Of a DNA stretch of 37,629 nt, positions 16,661 to 24,086 are shown in pieces; positions within the stretch are counted from its first letter, which is position 1, and the number at the start of each line of letters is the position of its first letter. Below the pieces are notes generated by a model that had not been told where the DNA came from, searched no databases, and saw nothing but the letters and a program-made list of their open reading frames with translations. The stretch lies in IMG/VR virus record IMGVR_UViG_3300037473_000262; one strand, 5' to 3'. The DNA is from a virus. The translations under genes were made by a program, and so were the position numbers.

Positions 16661-16672
16661 GCGGTCCGATCG

Positions 16673-16852
16673 TCACTGCACCGGCGCGTACCCGATGTAC
16701 GGGTAGCCGTTCGCCATCACCCATTCGTCACGGTCTGCGTATCCGCTCACGTTGGCCATGTGATCAGCCAGTTCCTCGATCGTGGGGATTCGCTCGCTGT
16801 CGAAGTATCCCCATGGGATGGCGCGGTTTGGACTGATGATGGCGTAGAGCAT
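16673..16852 (-). CDS. Small hypothetical protein (59 aa), not in the ORF track
   Basis: Hand translation gives MLYAIISPNRAIPWGYFDSERIPTIEELADHMANVSGYADRDEWVMANGYPYIGYAPVQ. GGAGA lies 5 nt upstream of the ATG at 16852. Confidence 0.55.
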   Translation of the reverse strand: MLYAIISPNRAIPWGYFDSERIPTIEELADHMANVSGYADRDEWVMANGYPYIGYAPVQ

Positions 16853-16961
16853 GGTGTTCTCCGTGTCGGGCTCCGTTCTGTGCCGGACCGATGGTCAGGG
16901 TGTGACTTCCCACCCGCTTTGTTAAGCGTTGCAAGGTCGCGGCGGGTATATCCGGGTTCGT

Positions 16962-17124
16962 CAGACTGCCGCGGCTTGGTCCGGTCGGCCATTCCATCTG
17001 ATCGTGGCGGGGCTGCTCCGCCATTCACCACTGTTTATCGAGCTGGCGCGACACCAGTTGTTCGGGCCTGGGCTAATGGGCCCCCGTCGGCGTTTCTTCT
17101 ATACCGCGCTGCCTGTTTGCGGTT
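16962..17124. repeat. Copy A of a conserved noncoding element (paralogue of 18972..19161)
   Basis: Shared blocks are cagactgccgcg, ggccWttccatctg, gtttatcg and ggctgggYtaatgggcccccgtcggcgtttcttctatMccgcg...gcggtt. The blocks are separated by variable hairpin-forming spacers, and the indels break every reading frame. Confidence 0.75.
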
Positions 17125-17188
17125 GAGAGCGGCAGCATTGGCAGATGGTCGCCGCTGCTTACGCGGATCGTTGCGCTTGCGCTCTCTC

Positions 17189-17289
17189 GGGTGGCATCTC
17201 AAAGCCTTAGACTTCGCGTCATCCATGCGTCTAAGGTCCCACGTTGTGGAGATGCCACCCGGGAGAAGTTCCGACGTAAAGCGTCGGAA
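17189..17289. other. Long nested hairpin plus a second 8-bp hairpin in an ORF-free region
   Basis: GGGTGGCATCTC (17189-17200) pairs with GAGATGCCACCC (17249-17260). The inner stem is CCTTAGAC (17205-17212) with GTCTAAGG (17229-17236). A second hairpin is TTCCGACG-taaag-CGTCGGAA (17269-17289). Confidence 0.7.
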
Positions 17290-17345
17290 CACCCTCGTGA
17301 TGATTCATCAATCAAACGCCTCGTCTGGAGGCGGCTGTGCCACGT

Positions 17346-17531
17346 TCAAGGCGCAGACTCAAAGCTCTCGCGCGGTCTCTCGGGATGCCGCCTCTCCGCC
17401 TCTTCGAGCCTCATGTCGGCCAGTGCGATGCACGCTGCGCACCACAACGGCTGACGGCTGCGAACCATCCTGAGCAGTGGAATCTGCCATTCACTACCGC
17501 AGGATGGGCAAAGAACTGAATCTGGCTTCAT
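17346..17531 (-). CDS. Possible zinc-ribbon protein (61 aa); uncertain
   Basis: CPSC-x19-CAAC. There is no SD sequence; the ATG abuts the U-tract of the upstream terminator. GC3 is about 66%, lower than in neighbouring genes. Confidence 0.4.
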   Translation of the reverse strand: MKPDSVLCPSCGSEWQIPLLRMVRSRQPLWCAACIALADMRLEEAERRHPERPRESFESAP

Positions 17532-17557
17532 CGAAAAAGAGCCCGGCGGACCGGGCT
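17532..17557 (-). terminator. Intrinsic terminator at the end of the early (replication) operon
   Basis: The minus strand reads AGCCCGG-TCCG-CCGGGCT followed by CTTTTTCG, 40 nt downstream of the stop of 17597..17959. Confidence 0.65.
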
Positions 17558-17596
17558 AAAGCGCTCTCACCGAAAACAAGACGCGCGGAGACGAAA

Positions 17597-17959
17597 TCAC
17601 TCTACGAATATTTCCCGTTGCCCGCGAATCATGGCGTTCATCGCATCCTGCAGCGCCGATGCATGATCAATCGGTGGCAGTGCAATCGGGACCTCAGGCA
17701 GCGGTTTCACGGTCCGCGCATACAGCCACGGAAGTTTGCCGATGCTCGATCCCTTGCGATTGAAGGTCCGCTTGATACGCTTCACGTATCCCTCTTCAGC
17801 CAGCACGCGCAGGCACTTGCACGCACACGAGATCGTGATGTGAAGTCGCATGGAGAGTTGCTGCTGAGTCATTGGCCCGTAAGTGTCGAGTGCCGTGAAT
17901 ATGATCCGCGTGCTCGAGTCGTCTCGCTGAAGCTCGGTAGGGTCGGGCATTCTCGTCAC
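17597..17959 (-). CDS. Winged-helix (MarR-like) DNA-binding protein, 120 aa
   Basis: QQQLSMRLHITISCACKCLRVLAEEGYVKRIKR is a wHTH-like segment. It is paralogous to 27125..27448. The alternative ATG at 17950 lies behind GAGG. Confidence 0.65.
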   Translation of the reverse strand: MTRMPDPTELQRDDSSTRIIFTALDTYGPMTQQQLSMRLHITISCACKCLRVLAEEGYVKRIKRTFNRKGSSIGKLPWLYARTVKPLPEVPIALPPIDHASALQDAMNAMIRGQREIFVE

Positions 17960-17960
17960 C

Positions 17961-18380
17961 TCACTGATTCCCGCGCATCACCTGGTCAATCAACGCTGCG
18001 ACCCGCTTCCGGACGCGCTCTATTTCGGCTGGATCCGTGACGGGCGTGACCTGGTCGTAGCCCAGCGGTTCATAGATCGGGTTGCCGAACATGTCGTGGT
18101 CGATCGGCTTGCGCCCGTGCTCATCACGGTGAACCGGCAGCGGTAACTCGTTAGCGAGGCGATCCATTGCATACTTGCGCCACGCTGCGCACGTCCACAT
18201 GCCCCAGTAACGCGGGTGGTGCAGCATCTCCCGATATGACGGCAGGCGCAGATACAGCCGCGTTCCCTCCAACGTCCCATCCAGCAACTTCGTACGCCAG
18301 CGAAACACAAGCGGATTGCGCAACATCACGAAGATGCCGTAAGCGCCGAGCAGTGTGCAGAGGTAATCTCCAATGGTCAT
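17961..18380 (-). CDS. Hypothetical protein with an N-terminal TM segment (139 aa)
   Basis: The start was set at the ATG at 18380 (ATGA overlap with the stop of 18377..18616). The N-terminus reads MTIGDYLCTLLGAYGIFVML. Confidence 0.65.
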   Translation of the reverse strand: MTIGDYLCTLLGAYGIFVMLRNPLVFRWRTKLLDGTLEGTRLYLRLPSYREMLHHPRYWGMWTCAAWRKYAMDRLANELPLPVHRDEHGRKPIDHDMFGNPIYEPLGYDQVTPVTDPAEIERVRKRVAALIDQVMRGNQ

Positions 18381-18616
18381 GACTGTTCCTTCGGTTCGAA
18401 CCAGCGCCCCTGCTTGCCGCACATATGTGACTTCCAGAAAAACTCTTTGTGCGCTCGGTGTGTTCCACAATACGCGTAGTGCCACGAAACCTCGACCTCA
18501 CCGGTCACGAGGTTTGTGTGCTCGATGCGGTTTTGGGGCGCTTCGCACCGGCCTGTATCCCGGCGGTGGCGGCAGTCCTTGCACAACCTCACCGGTTCCT
18601 TGATCCAGATGTTCAT
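18377..18616 (-). CDS. Small Cys-rich hypothetical protein (79 aa)
   Basis: ORF track. It has CKDC...C and C...C patterns and is tightly coupled to its neighbours. Confidence 0.6.
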   Translation of the reverse strand: MNIWIKEPVRLCKDCRHRRDTGRCEAPQNRIEHTNLVTGEVEVSWHYAYCGTHRAHKEFFWKSHMCGKQGRWFEPKEQS

Positions 18617-18617
18617 G

Positions 18618-18812
18618 TCACGCTCCGTCCTGCGGGTAACTGCCGCTCAGCTGTCGGTGGCACTCGCGCTCAGCGAGCCGGTAATCGCACTCCTGCCAGA
18701 ACCACTCCTTGTGCTGCGCTACGTACATGGGATTGATCGTGTAAAACGGCTCCTTTAGGCTTTGGGAGCCATCCCTCTTTTCCTTCGTTACCCATCCAAC
18801 ACTGGTTTCCAT
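18618..18812 (-). CDS. Small hypothetical protein (64 aa)
   Basis: ORF track. GGAGA lies 4 nt upstream of the ATG at 18812. Confidence 0.6.
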   Translation of the reverse strand: METSVGWVTKEKRDGSQSLKEPFYTINPMYVAQHKEWFWQECDYRLAERECHRQLSGSYPQDGA

Positions 18813-18971
18813 CGCTTCTCCGTTGCGTTTCGATGTTGCCGTTAGCGACCAGGATTTTCATGGGCCTGCGCAAGAACGAAGACCTCAAAACCTGGCTCCT
18901 GCTTCTCAAGAACCACACCCGTAGCGCGCCTCAAATCGAAGCGCGGTAGCGTTGGGTTTATCTAACCTGAG

Positions 18972-19161
18972 CAGACTGCCGCGCCCGTGTGCGGTGGCCT
19001 TTCCATCTGCTCCAAGGGGTACACATTCAAGCTCCCCAAGTTCGGTACGTTTATCGCGGCAGGCGCTACGCCGAATCCGTCTCCGGATCCTTTTCTCCGC
19101 TAGGGCTGGGTTATGGCCCCCCGTTCGGCTTTCTTCTATCCCGCGGCGCCTATTCGCGGTT
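18972..19161. repeat. Copy B of the conserved noncoding element (paralogue of 16962..17124)
   Basis: It carries the same ordered sequence blocks as copy A, in the same orientation, and lies in the 437-nt ORF-free gap between the primase gene and the small-gene cluster. Confidence 0.75.
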
Positions 19162-19249
19162 ACCGCTGACACCGGGCTCTCCGGTTCACGCTTGTCAGAG
19201 CGTTTCGACAGCGTCGGTTAAACCTACGCTGTCGACGTCACGCAAAATC

Positions 19250-20149
19250 TCACCTGCCCATTACCAGCTTCGCGTGGCGCATGATCTGCATGCGCACCCG
19301 AGCTGCCGCCGCTGCATCGCCACCCCACTCCTGGAGTGCGTCCGCCCAATCGGTCCCGCGAATCCCTTCCGGATACGCGACACCGCAACCCATCCGTTCG
19401 GCGGCCTTCCTGCCGTTCTCCACGCCCTTGTTCATGCCGCGATCGCGCTGCGTCTGCCAGTCGTTGTCTGCGCACACGACGGTCATGCCGCGCGGTTTCG
19501 TGTCTTCAGACACTGCGAGCAGATTGCCGGCGTCGAAGCACACAACCACGGTTGCGTTTGGCAGCGACTGGAACACCGCGAGGCCCGTGGCGAATCCCTC
19601 GACAAACGCCGTCACGACGGATCTGGCGCGGGACATGACAAACGACGCGCCCTTGACCGGACAACCCTTGCGGTAGAGTTTTTCGCCTTCCATGGAGATC
19701 GTCTGCAGGTTGACCAGCGCGCCGTAGCGGTACATCGGAATGACCAGGTCATCTCCATGCAGCCTGAGACCCTTGCAGCCCTGCAGCGACAGCCCTTTGC
19801 GTTCGAAGTAAGCATGCCACTGGGTGAGGATGGGGAGCGCGTCCCAATGGTCGCGTGCGGCATGGATTGCACGACCGCGTTCGGCCGCTTCGCGCTGGCG
19901 GTTAGCGCGGATACGCTCGTCCATCGCCCGCCGGTCACGCGGCTCCATCGGCGTATCGTCACGCCACTCGATAGCCTCGACGTCCGAAGCGAAGTTCAGG
20001 AAGTACCCACGCTGGCCGCCGATCCAGAGCTTGTACGCGCCGTTCTTCTTGCGCGGCTTATCCGTCGTCGGGCAGCGGTGCCACTTGCCGTCGTCGACCA
20101 CTTCGCGTGGCGTCAGACCGTGGGCATTGAGAGCATCCATAAATCTCAT
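19250..20149 (-). CDS. DNA primase, Toprim-domain (phage/plasmid P4-alpha-like N-terminal part)
   Basis: GKWHRCPTTDKPRKKNGAYKL is a zinc-binding/primase N-motif type segment. EGFATGLAV ... VVCADNDW is the Toprim E...DxD pattern. Confidence 0.8.
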   Translation of the reverse strand: MRFMDALNAHGLTPREVVDDGKWHRCPTTDKPRKKNGAYKLWIGGQRGYFLNFASDVEAIEWRDDTPMEPRDRRAMDERIRANRQREAAERGRAIHAARDHWDALPILTQWHAYFERKGLSLQGCKGLRLHGDDLVIPMYRYGALVNLQTISMEGEKLYRKGCPVKGASFVMSRARSVVTAFVEGFATGLAVFQSLPNATVVVCFDAGNLLAVSEDTKPRGMTVVCADNDWQTQRDRGMNKGVENGRKAAERMGCGVAYPEGIRGTDWADALQEWGGDAAAAARVRMQIMRHAKLVMGR

Positions 20150-21693
20150 GCGGCCTTCCTGCGTGCGGCTCTCACACGGGCCCAGTAAGCCTTGTCCATG
20201 TTCTCGAGCTTCTTGCGCACCTCGGGTGTCATGGGCTTGGGATCGGTCGTATAGAAATCTGCCTTTGCCATCTGGCCGGTCAACTGCTTATAGATCGCAT
20301 ACGCACGGCTGCGGGCGCGCATGAGGTCATCCGGACAGGCATTGCGTGCGTACGTGCAAACCTGAGGCCATACATCGGCATTGAGACGGTTATGCATGCC
20401 GGACGACAGCATTTCCTCAAGCGTCCCGGCAACATGCTCGATGGTCGGCCGGCGCGGATATTCATGCCCGCAGTTCGGGCAGAACGGACGACGTTTATGA
20501 AGCACCTTGCAGTTCGGGCACTTCATCATCTCGTCTTCTGCTTTCGGCTTCGCCTTCTTCGGCTTTGGCTTCTTCGTACCGTCATCAAGCTCGGTCGCAC
20601 CGGTCTCGAAGAATTCGTTCATCTCATCCCAGAACCGTTCGCAGTTGCCGGAATGGTCGAGCACGATCAGTTCGGTTTTGCCGGTCTCGTGACTAGTGCG
20701 CAAACCCCGGCCGAGTAACTGGATATGGTCGGAAAGAGACTTGCGCAGCGGTCGGCACATGATTACGCAGCCGATGTCTTCGACGTCAAAACCTTTGCTC
20801 GCCTTGCTCACAGTGACAAGTCCGCGAATGTAGGAATCCGGCTTGCGAAACTCCTGGACAATTTCGGCGCACTCTTCGTCGGATTCCTTGCTGGTGTACA
20901 CGACACACTGAATGCCTGCCTTGGTGAATTGGCGATGAATCTCGCGAGCATGATCAACCGTGATCGCGCTGCAGATGAATTTCTGGTTATTGCCGTGCCT
21001 CAGGTATTCGGTGACACAATCACCAATCACCGGGAGCGCACGGCTGGTTGCTTCCTTGCCGACCCACTCACCATCGGCTTTGGTTTTCACGCCGGTCATG
21101 TCCGGCGCAGACGGTGAAAAGATGCGATACGGCACAAGCGCGCCCTGCTCGATTAACCGGTTTGTCGTCTCGACGTTGATCAGGCTGTCGTAAATGAGCC
21201 CCAAGCCTTTCGTGAGCGGCGTGGCACTCAATCCCAAGCCTTTTACGTCGCCCTCGGCGAGGCGCTTCTTCGTCTCGCCGTGGACCGTATGACACTCGTC
21301 GACGACGATAAGGTCAGGCTTGGGATCTGCAGGCCAGCCACGGCGCATGACTGTCTGGACGGACAAGATCTGTGAGCGCAGGTATGGACGATATCTCCAG
21401 TGCTTCTGCTTCACAACGCCGTGATCGATGCCAAATTGGTCGAAAGTTCTCGACGTCTGCTCAACGAGATTTTCCCGATCGACGACGAAATGCGACTGCT
21501 TGCCGCGCCCTTGTGAGAGATAAACCACGCAAGCGGAAATGCGAGTCTTGCCGGCGCCGGTCGGCGCGCATAGCAGAACGTTGCGCGCGCCGTGTTCGTA
21601 GGCATCGCGCACACGACGAACCGCGTCGATCTGATACGGCCGCAATTTGAAATGGTCGTACGCGGCCTGCTCTTCTGGCGTGATGGGTCTCAT
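20146..21693 (-). CDS. Superfamily-2 DEAD/DEAH-box helicase with a C-terminal zinc ribbon
   Basis: Walker A is CAPTGAGKT and the DEAH box is VVDECH. Helicase C motifs are present, and CPNCKVLHKRRPFCPNCGH forms the zinc ribbon. Confidence 0.85.
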   Translation of the reverse strand: MRPITPEEQAAYDHFKLRPYQIDAVRRVRDAYEHGARNVLLCAPTGAGKTRISACVVYLSQGRGKQSHFVVDRENLVEQTSRTFDQFGIDHGVVKQKHWRYRPYLRSQILSVQTVMRRGWPADPKPDLIVVDECHTVHGETKKRLAEGDVKGLGLSATPLTKGLGLIYDSLINVETTNRLIEQGALVPYRIFSPSAPDMTGVKTKADGEWVGKEATSRALPVIGDCVTEYLRHGNNQKFICSAITVDHAREIHRQFTKAGIQCVVYTSKESDEECAEIVQEFRKPDSYIRGLVTVSKASKGFDVEDIGCVIMCRPLRKSLSDHIQLLGRGLRTSHETGKTELIVLDHSGNCERFWDEMNEFFETGATELDDGTKKPKPKKAKPKAEDEMMKCPNCKVLHKRRPFCPNCGHEYPRRPTIEHVAGTLEEMLSSGMHNRLNADVWPQVCTYARNACPDDLMRARSRAYAIYKQLTGQMAKADFYTTDPKPMTPEVRKKLENMDKAYWARVRAARRKAA

Positions 21694-22733
21694 TGCCCAC
21701 CCTCCACAAGCCTCCGGACGAGGCCGACGACGTCGCGATCTTCCTTCGCGCCAGTGAGTTTGCGCAGTTCAGCGAATTTCGCGCCGAACCAGTTCAAACG
21801 TTTTGCGTCACGTGTGGTTTTATCGCTCAGATCGCCTACCCGGTTTTCCAGGTGAAACACCTGCTGCGCCAGCTTGCTGATTTCCTCGGCCTGGTCAGAT
21901 GCATTCAGCGAGTCGATTTGCCGGTTGAGGTTGCTCACCTGCTTGCGCAGAGAATCCATTTCAGCCCAAACCTCGTCGGAATCAGGTTGCGGTGAGGAAT
22001 CCTCAACGGCGTTGTCACGCGAAGACGGCGCGGTTGCTGCCGCCTCCGACTTCTTTCCCCGTGCCATTTTCGACACGTCCATCACGCCGACGTCCCCATG
22101 CTTGTTCCGGTAGAAACGTGGTTCACCGCCAGACGCACGAACGTCGTCCGCCTTCTTTTGCGCTGCTTCAGGCACTGTCGGAGACGTTACGCCGCTCGAG
22201 ATACCTTCACCGGAACCTGCGTCCTCACCTAAAACGTTTAGGGTGACACTGCCCAAACCTTCATCTTCGGAGACGTCTGCATGTGACGCAGCCCGGATCT
22301 TGGCGACGAAGGGCTGCGAGACGTGACACGTTTTCGCAATATCCGCATCGCTCCACTTCGACCATTCTTCATCGTCAAGCAACATCCCGACGGCACGACG
22401 CTTGTCGTCATTGGTGCGGCGCTTGCCGTGATTCCAGTTCGCGCCGAGCGCATAGAGCTGCGCGTCGCGAAAGGTGCCGTCAAGCACATCCGCCTGGATC
22501 TCGCCTATCGACGCGGCCAGATGCGCCTCGTAACGGTGCCAGCCATCGCTGAGAAAGTAATAAGTCCGGTCGAAGACCACCGTCACCGGCGGAAACTTCG
22601 CGCCATCGCGAAGCGCCTCGGCGTACTCGGCGACCACATTCGGATCAATATCGACCCGAGGTTGCAGATTCGGGTGCCGGCGCACCTCAGACAGTTTCAA
22701 TAGCTTAGGCCGCGGCTTGGTTTGCACGTGCAA
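21690..22733 (-). CDS. ParB-like nuclease-domain protein (347 aa)
   Basis: The N-terminal HPNLQPR...VAEYAEALRDGAKFPPVTVV...SDGWHRYEA is a ParB/Srx-type motif, and the C-terminus is coiled-coil. The start codon is uncertain (TTG at 22733, GTG at 22727). Confidence 0.75.
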   Translation of the reverse strand: MHVQTKPRPKLLKLSEVRRHPNLQPRVDIDPNVVAEYAEALRDGAKFPPVTVVFDRTYYFLSDGWHRYEAHLAASIGEIQADVLDGTFRDAQLYALGANWNHGKRRTNDDKRRAVGMLLDDEEWSKWSDADIAKTCHVSQPFVAKIRAASHADVSEDEGLGSVTLNVLGEDAGSGEGISSGVTSPTVPEAAQKKADDVRASGGEPRFYRNKHGDVGVMDVSKMARGKKSEAAATAPSSRDNAVEDSSPQPDSDEVWAEMDSLRKQVSNLNRQIDSLNASDQAEEISKLAQQVFHLENRVGDLSDKTTRDAKRLNWFGAKFAELRKLTGAKEDRDVVGLVRRLVEGGQ

Positions 22734-23010
22734 GTCTCTCGCGAGAAAATTTGGTGAGGGGATGGTCGGGGAAGCGGCGAACTACACGCTCGTCGATGGC
22801 GTAATTGAATGCGGCGCGGGCTGCCAGCTTCGTGACATCGTCGAACGAGGCTCGCCGCCATTCGGATTCGAACTGGCTGTCGCGGTAGATGGTCAGTCCA
22901 ACTAGGCCGTTGACGTGCAACTCAATGGTTTCTGCCAGAGCAGTGAAGTGGCGGACGGCGCCGGCCACCGAGATAGATGCCGCTGACTTTGGGCGCTGGA
23001 GGCTGATCAT
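22705..23010 (-). CDS. Hypothetical early protein (101 aa)
   Basis: ORF track. It is the second gene of the early operon and has an ATGA-type overlap with the Cro-like gene. Confidence 0.6.
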   Translation of the reverse strand: MISLQRPKSAASISVAGAVRHFTALAETIELHVNGLVGLTIYRDSQFESEWRRASFDDVTKLAARAAFNYAIDERVVRRFPDHPLTKFSRERLARANQAAA

Positions 23011-23222
23011 GAGCTCAACCGGACGAATTCGGCGAAGCGCTCGGCAACGACTTCGTCGCGGAGCTTTTCAAGCGCAATCACGGTCTCGTACGGCATCCGC
23101 TTGCCCTTTCGGCCGGTCTTCAGCGCCGATACCACCGACTGATCGACGCCCGATCTCCGCTGGATCTCCATCTGGTTAAGGCCCAGCATGGACAGCTCAT
23201 GCACTAGAAAATTCGCTCTCAT
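23007..23222 (-). CDS. Cro-like HTH regulator (71 aa)
   Basis: LNQMEIQRRSGVDQSVVSALKTG is an HTH segment. The gene is divergent from the cI-type repressor. The ATG at 23222 is preferred over the track's GTG at 23252. Confidence 0.7.
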   Translation of the reverse strand: MRANFLVHELSMLGLNQMEIQRRSGVDQSVVSALKTGRKGKRMPYETVIALEKLRDEVVAERFAEFVRLSS

Positions 23223-23252
23223 CGTTGCCCTATTATTCCCGTCGCTATACAC

Positions 23253-23331
23253 TCATGGCCAAAGCACTCAGCGCAGTGTAGGGCGGAAGCAATAGTGCGC
23301 GCAAGTGCAAAACCTATAGGGGAATGAAAAA
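23253..23331. promoter_or_regulatory. Divergent immunity control region (cI / cro promoters and operators)
   Basis: This is the 79-110 nt gap between divergent HTH genes. AGTGC-type half sites occur at 23264-68 (as GCACT), 23275-78, 23294-98 and 23304-08, and the palindrome TGCGCGCA is present. Confidence 0.6.
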
Positions 23332-24078
23332 ATGTCGAATCTTGCCGAGAGATTGCGAGAGGCGCGCACGACCGCGGGCATGTCGCAGACAGAGCTGGCG
23401 CAGCGATCGGGGGTTTCTCAGTCCACGATCGCTAACATCGAGTCGGGTAGGAACGAAGGGAGCAAACACATTTTGCAGATTGCAGACGCACTCAATACCA
23501 ACCCGAACTGGTTGTTGGAGGGTCGATTACCCAGGATGGTGCACGTCGTCCGGACCGTCCCGCCAGATGAGGTCCGTAGCGGTGATCCGAATGTTCTGCC
23601 GGAAGAGCGGCCGGGCGGGTACTCGCCATTTCCTACAGTGCTGCCCTCCGTGCTGCCCGACGTGTGGATGGATCTATCCGAGGTTCGGTCGCACCAGCGA
23701 GAACGGGCGCCTGAGTGGCGGAAGACCCGCGATCGGGCTCTCTGCTTGAAGACAGCGGTGTTCGGTGATCTGGGTACGCATCCCACAAGATGTCGTGTCA
23801 TTACAGTGCCCGATGACAGCATGGCGCCGTTCGTCTTCAAGGACGACCTTTTCATGATCGACATTAGCAGGGCGGCGCCGCGTGACGGGCGCATCTACGC
23901 AGTGCTGTTTGAGGGCGACTTGCTTGTCAGACAGATATTCAAGCTCCCAGGCGGCGTGGTTGTTCTGCACGCTTACGACGACAAGCATTTCCCGGACAAA
24001 CATATCTCGTTCGACCAGGCGCCGTCGATCGAAGTGGTTGGCGAATATGTCTACAGGGCAGGCGCGGCAAGGGTGTGA
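23332..24078 (+). CDS. cI: cI-type repressor: N-terminal XRE HTH plus C-terminal S24 (LexA-like) autopeptidase
   Basis: MSQTELAQRSGVSQSTIANIESG is the HTH segment. The C-terminal VPDDSMAP...LLVRQIFKL carries the Ser/Lys dyad context. Confidence 0.9.
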   Translation: MSNLAERLREARTTAGMSQTELAQRSGVSQSTIANIESGRNEGSKHILQIADALNTNPNWLLEGRLPRMVHVVRTVPPDEVRSGDPNVLPEERPGGYSPFPTVLPSVLPDVWMDLSEVRSHQRERAPEWRKTRDRALCLKTAVFGDLGTHPTRCRVITVPDDSMAPFVFKDDLFMIDISRAAPRDGRIYAVLFEGDLLVRQIFKLPGGVVVLHAYDDKHFPDKHISFDQAPSIEVVGEYVYRAGAARV

Positions 24079-24086
24079 CAATTTAA

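Noticed and set aside
16747-17126. ORFs covering the duplicated element as real genes (16747..17031 -, 16764..17024 -, 16929..17126 +, and at copy B 18906..19172 - and 18952..19221 +).
   Set aside because: The two copies align at the nucleotide level with indels that shift the frame between conserved blocks, so no protein is conserved. The predicted products are Arg/Pro/Ser-rich and lack SD sequences.
18670-18918. The 82-aa minus-strand ORF overlapping 18618..18812.
   Set aside because: It overlaps the better-supported 64-aa gene, which has a GGAGA SD and a protein-like sequence, in another frame, and it extends into the noncoding element region. It has no SD.
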